A DNA stretch of 64,000 bases from an uncultured delta proteobacterium (GTDB lineage: Bacteria; Desulfobacterota; RBG-13-43-22): positions 32,001 to 96,000 of the forward strand of contig CAWDKY010000053.1 of NCBI GenBank assembly GCA_963802945.1, written 5' to 3'. The notes under the pieces were generated by a model. The model was not told the origin of the DNA and did not search any database. It was given only the letters and a program-made list of their open reading frames with translations. The translations under genes and the position numbers were made by a program. Shown here piece after piece: positions 28,945 through 39,746 of the stretch (position 1 is its first letter; every line of letters begins with the position of its first letter).

Positions 28945-30366
28945 TCATCCTGAAGAAACCCGGGCCTGCCAACTGAAGGTAGCGGACACAGCCCTGGCCG
29001 CCCTTTCAAAGGAAGGAAAAGCAGGCAGGCCGGCGATGGTCAGGGCCTTCATGGCCTCCCCGGCAGTAGCGGCATAGGGGGGAACCAGATAAATAGGAAG
29101 TCGGAGCCGGTCTCTTAATTCGCTCAGGGCTTCGATTAAGGATGGCAGCGTATCCTGGACGACGAAAGGCATATAGGACATCATAACAACCGCGTCTACC
29201 TCTTCGGCGATCAGCTCAATGCTCCTGGTGCAGATGGTCAGGGCCGTTTCTCTGGGAAGCCATACCAGGTCAAGGGGGTTGCTGGTGCCGGAGAAAGGAG
29301 GAAGGTAGTCCTTTAAAAAATCCGTCAGGCGAGTTCTCAATCCTGGACTGAATGAGTTCACTTCCAGTCCTAACCGCTCACAGGCATCGGCCGTGGATAT
29401 CCCTCCCCCTCCGGCCTCAGCCATGATGCCCACCCTTTTCCCTTTGGGGAATGGAGGAGCGGAAAAGGCCACGGCCAGATCGACCAGGTCTTCGAATCCT
29501 TCGGCTGCAATGATACCCGCGCTTCGGGCTGCCCCAATCCAGACTCCACGATTTCCGGCGATGGACCCGGAATGAGACAGGGCGGCCCGCGCTCCGGCCT
29601 GACTGAATCCGGATTTCCAGATAATGACCGGCTTTGTGCGCCCTATTTTGGATGCCAGGCTCAGCATTTCCCTTCCCCGGGACAGGCCTTCAATATAGGC
29701 ACAGATGATTTTGGTTGCAGGATCGCTGCCGAAGTAAGAAAGAAAATCAAAAAAATTCAGGTCGGCCTGATTCCCACTGCTGATGATGGTGCTGAATCTG
29801 AGTCCCCTGGCATTTCCTCCGACTACAAAATGTTCTGTGGCCCAACCGCTTTGTCCGGAGAAGGCAATCCCTCCCGGTAGAGCATCCGATTTCTCGATTT
29901 CAACGATGGTATTCAGCCTGGACTCCGGGCAAAAAAGACCCATGCAGTTCGGTCCGACCAGATGCATTCCATGATCGTGCGCAAACTTGACCAACCTTTC
30001 CTGCAATTGCCTGCCCTCTTCCCCTAATTCGGCAAATCCGGCGGCATGAATAACGACAAACTTGACCCCTTTTTGAGCGCATTCGATCAGCAGACCTTCT
30101 ATCGCCGCCGCAGGAAGGGCGGCAATGGCCAGATCAATGGGTTCATCGATTTCGGTCAGGGAAGGGTAACAGGGAATCCCGTCTAATTCAGTGCAGCTTC
30201 GGCTGACAGGGTATTTTTTCCCTGGAAAACCCTGGGCCTGAATTTTCCACCAGATAAACCCGCCTCCCCGGCCCGGATCCCGGGAAATGCCGATGACCGC
30301 CAAAGAGCGCGGCCTGAAAAGCAGATCAAGGTCCGGGGCTTCACTAAACCGTTCTTCTGTTTTCAA
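28945..30366 (-). CDS. NDP-forming acyl-CoA synthetase alpha subunit (CoA-binding, no ATP-grasp)
   Basis: PRSLAVIG, GPNCMG, QSG, SSGNQAD, SHSGSIAG, NPLDL. Confidence 0.9.
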   Translation of the reverse strand: MKTEERFSEAPDLDLLFRPRSLAVIGISRDPGRGGGFIWWKIQAQGFPGKKYPVSRSCTELDGIPCYPSLTEIDEPIDLAIAALPAAAIEGLLIECAQKGVKFVVIHAAGFAELGEEGRQLQERLVKFAHDHGMHLVGPNCMGLFCPESRLNTIVEIEKSDALPGGIAFSGQSGWATEHFVVGGNARGLRFSTIISSGNQADLNFFDFLSYFGSDPATKIICAYIEGLSRGREMLSLASKIGRTKPVIIWKSGFSQAGARAALSHSGSIAGNRGVWIGAARSAGIIAAEGFEDLVDLAVAFSAPPFPKGKRVGIMAEAGGGGISTADACERLGLEVNSFSPGLRTRLTDFLKDYLPPFSGTSNPLDLVWLPRETALTICTRSIELIAEEVDAVVMMSYMPFVVQDTLPSLIEALSELRDRLRLPIYLVPPYAATAGEAMKALTIAGLPAFPSFERAARAVSATFSWQARVSSG

Positions 30367-30565
30367 GGTTTCTCCTTATAAAATAAAAAAGTTCGGAGTT
30401 TGGAGTTCAGAGTTCGGAGAACCCCAATTTTGAGCTTTGTGACGCTCCAAAGGAGCGTGAGGGCTTAATACCAAGTTGTATTCCAAGGATTCAAGGGTTT
30501 TATCTTTCAGGCCTTTCACTTGAACCCTCCTAAGCTCGTCGCAGGCCCTTGGCCCCTTGAATTCT

Positions 30566-31132
30566 TTAAGAGATTATTTTGAGAATATCGGGCTCCTTAC
30601 GTTCGGGCATGGGAGGTATCATTTTAGGATAGCCCAGAATAATAGGGGCCCACATCCGATACCCTTCGGGCAGACCGATTTCCTTCAACAGTTCGGGATC
30701 TCTGGCTTCCGCTCCCTGAGCAATCCAGCAGGTGCCTAATCCTTTGGAAGCGGCCGAGAGCATAAAATAAGCAGCCAGGAGACCGCAGTCCTGGGCAATG
30801 GTTGCACCCTTGATCGGACCAACGATGATCACCAGGCAGGGGGCGTTGTAGAAGGCGTTAAAATCTTCCTTCTTTAGAATTTCCAGATACCCCTTCATGG
30901 GTGAATTGGGATCTTTTTCAATCCCGGCGATAATGACTTTTTTGCTGGCATCGGATAACTTTCTCATCATGGCCTTATTATTGACCACGATGAATTTCCA
31001 CGGTTGCCGGTTACCGGCGTTGGGGGCCTTGATGCTTTCCTGAATAATGGCCTTAATCACATCTAAAGAAACTGCTTTATCCTCGAAATCCCGAATAGCA
31101 CGTCGTTTTTCAAGAAGTTCGGTAAAATCCAT
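30566..31132 (-). CDS. Nitroreductase family protein
   Basis: RRAIR, APNAGNRQPW, GLGTCWI, LGYP. Confidence 0.92.
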   Translation of the reverse strand: MDFTELLEKRRAIRDFEDKAVSLDVIKAIIQESIKAPNAGNRQPWKFIVVNNKAMMRKLSDASKKVIIAGIEKDPNSPMKGYLEILKKEDFNAFYNAPCLVIIVGPIKGATIAQDCGLLAAYFMLSAASKGLGTCWIAQGAEARDPELLKEIGLPEGYRMWAPIILGYPKMIPPMPERKEPDILKIIS

Positions 31133-31531
31133 GCAAATTCCCCTTTCTTTTTTCTAATGTAGAAGGGAAGTATAAAACAGGGAGGTAGGATGGTCAAGGA
31201 GAAATGTCTCAGGCCCCCTTCACTTTCCCTCAACTATTTATAGAATACCCTTTTCAAATCAAGGAGCGATAGGGGTCTTTTTCGGGGTTGCCAACCCACA
31301 GACTCAGGGCAACTTTTCAGGGATAAAATTTTGAAACATGGTTTAAAACCAGGCCGATAAAAAAACTCACTGAAATCAGGGGAGACTATCTTTTTTTCGA
31401 TTAACATGAATATTAGGGCCGGTATTGGGCAGCAAGCTACCTTTTGGACAACCCCGAAAAAGAACCCTATCGCTCCCAAGGAAACTGACCTGGCCATTAA
31501 ATCTGCTAAAAGTGAAGGGGGTAAAAATGTC

Positions 31532-34500
31532 TCAGGTCGTCAGCATGCGGTAAATGCGGGTGATTTTTTCCGGAAGTTTGCTCACCTCATCAATGACGGT
31601 CCAACTGCTGTGACTGTACATCCTGGGCAGGTATTCGGCGGCGGTCAGGTCCACAGTGATGCAGAAGGTCTTGATGCCAAAATGCCGGGCCTCTTTCAAT
31701 GCCAGCCGGGTATCTTCGATGGCGTAGGTGCCGGAATACTCCTTGTCCACCGGTTTGCCGTCGCTGAGTAGTATAAGCATCTTGGTCCGCTCCGCCCTCA
31801 TCCTCAGTTTGCTGATGGTGTGGCGGATCGCCGCTCCGTCTCTGTTTTCGAAGCGGTCCGCGATGGCCGAGATCCTTTTTTTCACCTGCTGGTCATAGGG
31901 ATCATCAAAGTCCTTGATCCGATAAAAGTCCACGTTGTCGCGGTTGTCTCCTGAAAATCCAAAGACGGCGAAGACATCCCCCACCTCGTTAAGGGCCTCG
32001 GACATGATGATCAAGGCCTCCTTCTCCAATTCGATGGTGGGCCCCTTAGTGCTCCGGCTCATATCGACCAGAAAGGCCACGGCGATGTCGCGCTTTTTTT
32101 TCTGATGAAGGGTGTAGTTTTTTTCCGTGGGGGAAAGCCCGACTTTTCGGTCTACCCAATTTTCCACCACGGCGTCCAGGTCGATGTCATCCCCGTCGTA
32201 TTGCCTCTTACGCTTAGTGAAGCCTTCCGGCTTGAGCATCTGAAACTCTCTTCTGATTTTTTTAAGAAGCCCGGCGTGCTTATCCAAAGCCTGCCGGTAA
32301 AAGGCAAACGATCTCCCGGTCAAGGTCTGCTCGCGAATCCTGGCCCAGTTGCCCCGGTAGTCGTTGATATCCTCTCCCCATTCAGGGTATAGAGAGGTCC
32401 CTCTTTCAGTCTGGAGTTCCGTCTTTTTCGCCAAAGAGGCCTCCAGGTTATGAAGAAAGAGATAAATCTCATTTTGATGCAGGGATTCAAGACGCCGCTC
32501 GATTTCTTTAGGAGTAATCCCTTTCTCCCGGTAAAGGGCCCTGAGCAGCCGTTCTATCTTTTCCCGGGAATCGAATTTCATGGCCTCACCCACCCGGCCG
32601 GTTTCTTCCGCTTCCGAATCCGGATCGCCGGATTCCTGTTTTCCTCCTCCGGCAGGACCGCGGAAGGTACGCTGTTCTTTCCCGGCCTGGTGCGGCCTCT
32701 GCTGAATATTTTCCATGCTCGGACGGCTTGTGGTGGGTTGTGTTTCTCCCTCCGAACCGCTTTCGGCCTCCGGTTGCACCTTCGGCCGGTTGCTTCCTGC
32801 AGATTGTCTGCCCTGTATCCGGTCCTGAATCTGCTGTGAGGTCTTGCCGAAGCTACCGATATTTTGGGCCACCTTGTCCTGATCCAGAGGTTTAGACATC
32901 GGCTTTACCGGGCGATAGGGTTCCTTGAACCGCTCATGGATCATGAGGTACAGATCAAGGGCTGTTCGAGCAGATCGATGCACGTCGGCCGTTGGTTGTT
33001 CCAGGACTCTTGCCCCTTCCTGGGCCTTTTTAAGGACGGCAAGGGTTTGATCATCAACCTCGGGGAACGTTTTTTTGGCCATCAAGGACTGGCCGATCAT
33101 TTCTACGATCCGCTGTTTAGGATTGGTCATTTTTCGAGGAGAACTGCGTTTGGAAACCTGGTGGATGTTCATCCGGGAAATTTCTTCTCCTAAAGCAGGA
33201 TACTCCCACTTTAATATTTTTTCTATCCTCCAGTCTTCCATAAGGTTGAACAGATCACGGGCCAAATCCGGTTCCGGAAAAAGTCTGATAAACCGCTCCA
33301 TATCGCTTTCGCCCTCCATGGCCTTGAGTCCGAACAGAGAACCGATTCGTTTTGTGCAGTCATTGATCCTATCAAGATCGAATTCAAAACTCCCATACTC
33401 CAGGTGGGCTTCCTGGTGGGTAGCTGCCACTTTGTAATAGGTGAAGTTATCTGCCTGTTCCTGAAACTCCCTGATGCGACCTGGGAGGTAGATTTTTTTA
33501 CCGTCCGTATAGACCCTACCGGCCTCGTCAACCTCCACCCTCCGGCCTAAAAGGGCTTTTAGATAGGTGGACAAAATCGGTTTGATCGTTTTCAATTCCA
33601 ATCCCTTGGGGATATTTTCCAAAAAATCGGACAAGGATGAAGAATCCCCGGCAAGAAAAGAAAGGGCTTTTTCTTCATCTTCTCTGGCTGTGTTTTCAAG
33701 AAAAGCAGCCAGCTTGCCGAATCCTTCCAGTCCCAGCCATTCGAGAAAATCCGGGCTTTTTTCCAAAAGCTTCATAGCCACCGCCGGACTGGTATGGGCT
33801 ATCTTGGCCGCTAGATCATAAACCTTGGAAACCAGGGTCCAGTCCTTGGTTTGCCCCAGCCTATCGATCAATAATGGACTTTTCTCCAGGACAGATAAAG
33901 CGGCCATCCAGTCTGATACGGCCAGGGATGAAATAAACCCGGTTACGGTTTCCAGGCCTTCAAATCCTATCTGGTTCAACATGATCGGACTCAGATCCAG
34001 TAGACGGGTGGCGATTTGTCCATTGACCTTGGCCGCTTGAATCACCAAAACAAACAACCTCTCCAGTCCTTCCGCACCCAGTTTGGATAACAACTCAGGA
34101 CTTTTCTCTAAAAGAGGTGACGCCAACCTCCAGTTTGATTGGGCGGCCTCTCCGACCAGATCATAGACATGAAGGGCCTGCGCATTGTTCCCAACTGTCA
34201 GGAGGCGGTCGATCAAACCCGGCCCTTTTTCCAGAAGACTCACGGCTACAAAACTGTTTTCTCTGGCCAGGCTTCGGGCCACAGCCGAGATTCGTTCCAG
34301 ACCTTGGTAGCCCACCCGTTCCAGAAAAAGGGGACTCGCTTCCACCAGGCTTACAGCCGCAGTCCAGCTCTCAGGACCTATTTGAAGGGCCAACTCCTCC
34401 ACCTTTTGCAGGCTCTCGAATCCGTTCATTTTAATGATTTCAGGACTGCGACTCACCAGGCTGACGGCCAGCCGGGCATTGGTTTGAGCAGCTCGGCGGC

Positions 34501-35941
34501 CTATTCGGCAGACATCGGATACTAAAGAAGCATCGCCCAGTTTCAGAAGCTCATCAAGAATATGAGGACACTTGTCCAGAAATTGAACCGCTGTTGACCA
34601 GCTTTCTCTGGCCAGAAAAGCAGAAAAACCAGCGATCAGCCTTAAGCCCTCAAGCCCCAACCGATCGATCAGCTCAGGGCTTTTTAAAAAAAGTTGTGAA
34701 GCCGTTTCCCAGCTTTCCTTAGCGATGGGGACAATGAGCTCGACAACTTGTCTGATGCCCTCCTGATCAATCCTTTCAAAGAGCGACGGGACGGCCTTCA
34801 GAAAAGCCTCTGCGGCCTTTCGGCTGATATCGGCAATCATTTGGGTAAGGGCCGCAAGTTCTTTTACATCGTTATGACGGGATGAACCGGCCAAGTGGAG
34901 ACCGGCGACAATAAATAAAAGGTCGATCTCAGAACCGGACCCGGTTAGCTTGCTTCCCAATTCATAAATTTCATTCGCTTGATCCGGATGAATGTGTGAA
35001 AGCAATCCCTCGATCCTATCCGGACTTTCCTTGATAAGGGTAACGGCCCTTTCCCAATCGTCCGCTGCTATGGCCATGGCGCATCGGCGGATCGAATCCA
35101 GACCGGTTGGACCCAACCGATTGAGCAAAAGAGGGGCGGCATCGAAAAGTGTTTGGGTTAATTTCGCCTTGAAGGGAATAGCCAGGTTGGCCTGCTCATA
35201 GAGGCCGAGTAAATATTCAAGAGATATTCGAGAAATGAGTTTTCCGGCTGTGACCGGGCTGTTCCTAACAAATTCCAAAGCGCAGTTCCAATCGTCGGCA
35301 GCCATATGTGCCCCCAAACTGTAAACAGCTAAGACCAATGGTTGGCCGCCCTGGTCCTTGAGCTGTTTTATAATGGATAAACTGCTTTCAACCTCCTTCA
35401 GCGCATAGATCCAGCTTGAACTGGCGATGACCGCGATGAAACCGGCCACCTTTTCCAGCCCGTCGAAGCCGATGGCTTCAATGAGATCCGGGCTCTTTTC
35501 AGTCAGACTCACGGCTGTAGCCGTATGGACGCCGGCCACTTCGGCCATCAGAGAGGCTGTTCTGACCAGCGTCTCATAGCCGTCCTTTTCCATGATCCGG
35601 GGACTCATCTCTAAAAATCTCACGGGCAATAGAGGTCCAAAGGAAATCATTTGATTGGCCAGACTGTAAATATTAAGTACCAGATCTTCGCCATAGGACA
35701 GGAGCCTCTCTATAATGGCTGGACTCTTTTCCATCAGGTAAAGGGCCGCTTGCCGGTCTTCTTGCTTGAGCCGGGCTATCAGGATTCCGATAAAATTAAT
35801 ACCTTCATAACCGAAACGATTGATCAGCGGGAACAGAGCATCGCCGAAACGGGAAACGATTTCGTTTTTGTGGTCTTCGTCGTCTTCGTCCGTCTTTATG
35901 ATGGGATTGGAGGTTTCGTCGTCAGGGGCGTTTATCGACAT
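31532..35941 (-). CDS. Giant NorD/CbbO-like VWA protein with an N-terminal helical repeat region
   Basis: C-terminal MIDAS FLVDMSRST, ENRDGAAIR, LLSDGKP; YPEW/RKRQYDGDDIDLDA; about 18 N-terminal SP-containing repeats. Confidence 0.85.
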   Translation of the reverse strand: MSINAPDDETSNPIIKTDEDDEDHKNEIVSRFGDALFPLINRFGYEGINFIGILIARLKQEDRQAALYLMEKSPAIIERLLSYGEDLVLNIYSLANQMISFGPLLPVRFLEMSPRIMEKDGYETLVRTASLMAEVAGVHTATAVSLTEKSPDLIEAIGFDGLEKVAGFIAVIASSSWIYALKEVESSLSIIKQLKDQGGQPLVLAVYSLGAHMAADDWNCALEFVRNSPVTAGKLISRISLEYLLGLYEQANLAIPFKAKLTQTLFDAAPLLLNRLGPTGLDSIRRCAMAIAADDWERAVTLIKESPDRIEGLLSHIHPDQANEIYELGSKLTGSGSEIDLLFIVAGLHLAGSSRHNDVKELAALTQMIADISRKAAEAFLKAVPSLFERIDQEGIRQVVELIVPIAKESWETASQLFLKSPELIDRLGLEGLRLIAGFSAFLARESWSTAVQFLDKCPHILDELLKLGDASLVSDVCRIGRRAAQTNARLAVSLVSRSPEIIKMNGFESLQKVEELALQIGPESWTAAVSLVEASPLFLERVGYQGLERISAVARSLARENSFVAVSLLEKGPGLIDRLLTVGNNAQALHVYDLVGEAAQSNWRLASPLLEKSPELLSKLGAEGLERLFVLVIQAAKVNGQIATRLLDLSPIMLNQIGFEGLETVTGFISSLAVSDWMAALSVLEKSPLLIDRLGQTKDWTLVSKVYDLAAKIAHTSPAVAMKLLEKSPDFLEWLGLEGFGKLAAFLENTAREDEEKALSFLAGDSSSLSDFLENIPKGLELKTIKPILSTYLKALLGRRVEVDEAGRVYTDGKKIYLPGRIREFQEQADNFTYYKVAATHQEAHLEYGSFEFDLDRINDCTKRIGSLFGLKAMEGESDMERFIRLFPEPDLARDLFNLMEDWRIEKILKWEYPALGEEISRMNIHQVSKRSSPRKMTNPKQRIVEMIGQSLMAKKTFPEVDDQTLAVLKKAQEGARVLEQPTADVHRSARTALDLYLMIHERFKEPYRPVKPMSKPLDQDKVAQNIGSFGKTSQQIQDRIQGRQSAGSNRPKVQPEAESGSEGETQPTTSRPSMENIQQRPHQAGKEQRTFRGPAGGGKQESGDPDSEAEETGRVGEAMKFDSREKIERLLRALYREKGITPKEIERRLESLHQNEIYLFLHNLEASLAKKTELQTERGTSLYPEWGEDINDYRGNWARIREQTLTGRSFAFYRQALDKHAGLLKKIRREFQMLKPEGFTKRKRQYDGDDIDLDAVVENWVDRKVGLSPTEKNYTLHQKKKRDIAVAFLVDMSRSTKGPTIELEKEALIIMSEALNEVGDVFAVFGFSGDNRDNVDFYRIKDFDDPYDQQVKKRISAIADRFENRDGAAIRHTISKLRMRAERTKMLILLSDGKPVDKEYSGTYAIEDTRLALKEARHFGIKTFCITVDLTAAEYLPRMYSHSSWTVIDEVSKLPEKITRIYRMLTT

Positions 35942-36003
35942 GGGTCTTTGATACCTGTTTTAATAATAAAAAAATCTAAGGAGTCAGAACCGTTTATTTC
36001 TTC

Positions 36004-36162
36004 TGGATTCCCGTTTTCACGGGAATGACTTCGAGAGAAAATTATTGTCATTCCTACGAAAGCAGGAATCCCGACGTCGTCCTAACGAAAGTCGAGAACC
36101 AGTCCAATCATCCTGGATTCCGACTGGAGTCTATCCCAAACTTGATGAGGGGCCGGAATGAC
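36004..36162. repeat. REP-like palindrome cluster
   Basis: ctggattcccgttttcacgggaatgac, gtcattcctacgaaagcaggaatcc, ctggattccg...ccggaatgac. Confidence 0.8.
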
Positions 36163-36188
36163 GATAAACGGACTTCTTTAAATGTCTT

Positions 36189-37019
36189 TTAAAAATTGAA
36201 ATAATTTTTCAGCACCTCTTCGATACTTTTCTTCAGATCCAGATCATAGGTCAGCGGTTCGATCATGGTGGCCCGGAGTGCGTCTCTGACCGGCAAACCA
36301 TTTCTAAGCAGTGTTCCGGCATAGACCAATTCGCGAGTGGAAACCCCTTCTTCCAGCCCCTGATGCACCAGATTCCGTATCCTGTTAGCCGCCTTGACCA
36401 GCTTTTCGGCCGTCTTTTCATCCACCCCGGCTTCCCTGCTGACAATGCGCACCTCCAGATCTTCCTTCGGCCAACCCAGATTGATCGAAACAAAACGCTG
36501 TCGTGTACTGGGCTTCAGCTCCTTGAGCACACTTTGATAATTAGGATTATAACTGATGACCAGCATAAATGCTTCCGGGGCATGAAAAATCTTCCCCCGT
36601 TTCTCCACCGGCATGCAGCGCCGATGGTCCGTCAGGGGATGGATGACCACGGTCACATCCTTTCGGGCTTCAACCACTTCGTCCAAATAGGCCAAGCCTC
36701 CTTCACGGACGGCCATCAGAAGCGGTCCGTCTATCCACTCGACCTCGTCTCCCTTAATGATGTAGCGTCCGGTGAGGTCATTGGCGCTTAGATCGTCGTG
36801 GCAGGCCACCGTGTAAAGGGGCAGTTTCAGCCGCCAGGCCATGTACTCAACCAGTCTGGTCTTTCCGCTTCCCGTCGGGCCATTGAGCAAAACCGGCAGC
36901 TTGTTTTTATGGGCCGCTTCGAACATGATGATCTCGTTTCCCTGGGGAAGATAAAAAGGTTCCTGGGTTACCTTGAAATCCCCATTTTCGAATTTCTCTG
37001 TTTTATTTCCTTTTGACAT
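36189..37019 (-). CDS. CbbQ/NirQ/NorQ-family MoxR AAA+ ATPase
   Basis: GPTGSGKT, YLDEVVEARKD, SYNPNYQ..KELKPSTRQRF, STRELVYAG. Confidence 0.93.
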   Translation of the reverse strand: MSKGNKTEKFENGDFKVTQEPFYLPQGNEIIMFEAAHKNKLPVLLNGPTGSGKTRLVEYMAWRLKLPLYTVACHDDLSANDLTGRYIIKGDEVEWIDGPLLMAVREGGLAYLDEVVEARKDVTVVIHPLTDHRRCMPVEKRGKIFHAPEAFMLVISYNPNYQSVLKELKPSTRQRFVSINLGWPKEDLEVRIVSREAGVDEKTAEKLVKAANRIRNLVHQGLEEGVSTRELVYAGTLLRNGLPVRDALRATMIEPLTYDLDLKKSIEEVLKNYFNF

Positions 37020-37492
37020 CTTCCATTCCTTTCAGCTCAATCAATTCATCAAATGTTCTCTTAAAATATTCATCTTTCGTTTCAAGGCAATACCGATCTT
37101 AGATTGTAAGGCCATATTCCCCTTTTGAATTATTTAAGCTTATTGTTAATATAGGTACGAAACAGAAAAATATCAATATTAATGGACTCGAAAAAAGTTC
37201 ATCAACAGGCCGAGGACGATTAAGTCCCGGCCTAGGGTGAAGATGGAACCGCTTGAACTTTATTCCCGTGGCGGGTGAGGGGAAGCCCTTTCCCTCCTCG
37301 TGGAAAGCCGTATTTTGACTTTTTGCTAAAGTTATCAATATGGAACCGGCATTGGCTTAAACATCGCGCAGAAGGAGTTAAATGACCCCGGCAAAGCAGA
37401 GGGCTTGTTTAATTTAATCCTTTATTTTTAACTAAATTTTTTATAAGATCATTCAATAATTTTTTTAATCTTACTTTTAGGGAGGGGACAAC

Positions 37493-38752
37493 ATGAAAAG
37501 ATGCCAGTTATTTACATGGATGATGGTCTTTTTCCTTTTTATGACCGTAGGTGCTTTAGCCGCCGGTCCTGATACCACCGGGCCGATCAAGATCGGGTTT
37601 ATGGGCAATTTATCGGCGCCTTCTTCTTTAAGCGCCAAGGCCGCTGCCATGATGGCGGTTGATGAGATGAATAAAAGCGGCGGTATATTGGGGAGGCAGA
37701 TCAAACTGATTGTCGAAGACACCAAAGGAGAGATTCCCAAATGTGTGGAGTTGTATAAAAAATTGGTTATGAATGACCAGGTCCTGGCGGTAGTCATCGC
37801 CGAAAAGGTGGAAATGGGCGTGGCCGGGATGGAGATCGGCGCTGAATTATTCCCGGAATATCCCCATATATTTTTCAGCACCATCGGCTCTGGGGATGAT
37901 ATCTGGCATCATGTCAGGGACAATTACAAAAAATACCGCTTTGGGTTCCAGACCTATTATGCCATTTCCACCAACTATCTGAAGATCAATGCCGATCTCA
38001 ATGCGGATATCTTCAAAAACCTGGTCAAGACCAAAAAAGTGGCCATTATTTATGAGGACATGGAGTGGACCAAACCCCTGCGCAAAGGACTGCCGGGGGT
38101 TTCGCCCCGTCTGGCCGACGTCTACAAAAGTAAAGGCCTGGAGGTCGTTTATGAAACAACCGTCTCTCTCGACCAAAAGATGTTTAACCCCATCTTTGAA
38201 GAGATCGCCAAAAGCGGTGCCGGTGTGATCGATTGCGTGGTTGGGTATATTGATCAAGGGGCCTTCATCAAGCAGTGGGCTCAATCGAGTGCCAAAAATA
38301 TCCCTTGGTCCATGTGGGGAGGATTGGCCGGCATGCCGCAGGCCTGGAAAATGACCGAAGGGAAAGTGATGGGAGGTATGATCGGCTCCTCTATGGTCAA
38401 GGTGGCCATCACACCCAAGACGATTCCATTTATGGATAACCTGGTTAAGGATTATAAGGTCGGGCCGATCTTCGGCTCCCATACGACTTATGATACCTTG
38501 TACGCCTTTAAAAAGGCCCTGGAAAAAGCAGGCCGGACCGGAAATGTGGACGCTATTATCAAACAATTAGAACAAGTGCAAGAGGTGGCAGTATTGGGAA
38601 CCATGGGCTGGGATCCTAAATACCATTACAACCTTCCGTATCCCAAATACATCACCCCAACGATCCAATGGCAGAAAGAAGAAATGAAGGTCATTTATCC
38701 CAAGCAATATAAGACGGGAAATTATATTTCTCCAGCCGATCTGCGGAAATAG
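37493..38752 (+). CDS. Liv-type ABC substrate-binding protein
   Basis: Signal peptide; PIKIG, MAVDEMN..GGILGR..L..EDT. Confidence 0.88.
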   Translation: MKRCQLFTWMMVFFLFMTVGALAAGPDTTGPIKIGFMGNLSAPSSLSAKAAAMMAVDEMNKSGGILGRQIKLIVEDTKGEIPKCVELYKKLVMNDQVLAVVIAEKVEMGVAGMEIGAELFPEYPHIFFSTIGSGDDIWHHVRDNYKKYRFGFQTYYAISTNYLKINADLNADIFKNLVKTKKVAIIYEDMEWTKPLRKGLPGVSPRLADVYKSKGLEVVYETTVSLDQKMFNPIFEEIAKSGAGVIDCVVGYIDQGAFIKQWAQSSAKNIPWSMWGGLAGMPQAWKMTEGKVMGGMIGSSMVKVAITPKTIPFMDNLVKDYKVGPIFGSHTTYDTLYAFKKALEKAGRTGNVDAIIKQLEQVQEVAVLGTMGWDPKYHYNLPYPKYITPTIQWQKEEMKVIYPKQYKTGNYISPADLRK

Positions 38753-38870
38753 TTCGATTCTAAGGAAAATAAGGTTCCCTGTTGTCCACAGGTAAAGCAA
38801 AGGGCTTATAGGTAAACATCTTGAGGGGCGGTCTCCATGGCCGCCCTTTTCCCCATAGGAAAGTGACTCA

Positions 38871-39746
38871 ATGAATGAGACTATGCTATCCATTCTCATC
38901 TTCACCTTTATCTGGGGTTCCATCTATCTTTTGATTGCCCTCGGTTTCTCTTTGATCTGTGGGGTACTCCGGATTTTTCATTTGGGCTATGGGGTGACTT
39001 TTGTCCTGGCGGCTTATGCGGTCTGGGCCTTTATGGAAAATGTCGGATTGGGTTTGATTCCCAGCATCCTTTTGATGGTTTTGGTCCAGATCGCTTTTTC
39101 CCTTTTAGTCTTTTATAAAGGTGTCTTTGAGCGATATTTGGAGCAGGAGGAGATTCTCTTAACCCTTTCGGTACTCATCTTTGTTCTAATCGCCCATCTG
39201 GCCAATTATCTTTATCCGGTTACCGCCGGGGTTTCCATTCCCACAACCATAAGCGATGGAATGATTACTATCGGGGAGGTCAAGATTGCCAATCAGATGG
39301 TTTTTGCGGCCCTGGTCGGGATTTTGGTGACGCTGATTTATGTGATCTGGTTTATGAAAACCCGGACCGGCCTGATCATCCGGGCCATCAGTCAGAACCT
39401 TTCCGCAGCCACGCTCATGGGGGCCAGCGTCAATCGCATGTATTATCTGGCCATCGTCCTTTCGGTGATCCCGCCGACCATCTGCATGCTGGTTATAGCA
39501 CCCTTCTGGGGCATCGATCCCTTTATGGGTTCACCCTTGCTGATGACTGCCATGCTCATTGCCATCCTAGGCGGACTGGGTAATTTGAAAGGAAGCATCG
39601 TTGCTTCTTATTTGATCGGTTTCATTCACTCTTCTGTGAGCTTTCTTTATGTTTCTCGTTTTATGGGACTGGCGGCCTTGATCGTCACCTTGATCGTCAT
39701 GATATTCCGACGGGGAGGTCTGTTCGCGGGAGAAACCATATGGTAG
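38871..39746 (+). CDS. ABC permease, LivH-like
   Basis: ALGFSLI.G, TRTG..IRAISQN, ILGGLG. Confidence 0.9.
   Translation: MNETMLSILIFTFIWGSIYLLIALGFSLICGVLRIFHLGYGVTFVLAAYAVWAFMENVGLGLIPSILLMVLVQIAFSLLVFYKGVFERYLEQEEILLTLSVLIFVLIAHLANYLYPVTAGVSIPTTISDGMITIGEVKIANQMVFAALVGILVTLIYVIWFMKTRTGLIIRAISQNLSAATLMGASVNRMYYLAIVLSVIPPTICMLVIAPFWGIDPFMGSPLLMTAMLIAILGGLGNLKGSIVASYLIGFIHSSVSFLYVSRFMGLAALIVTLIVMIFRRGGLFAGETIW

Noticed and set aside
31532-37019. Naming the pair norQD or cbbQO
   Set aside because: No NO reductase or Rubisco genes in the window, so only a family-level call is supported.
37340-37356. Sigma-54 promoter for the second ABC operon
   Set aside because: TGGAAC-N5-TTGG lacks the conserved -12 GC, and no activator gene is in the window.
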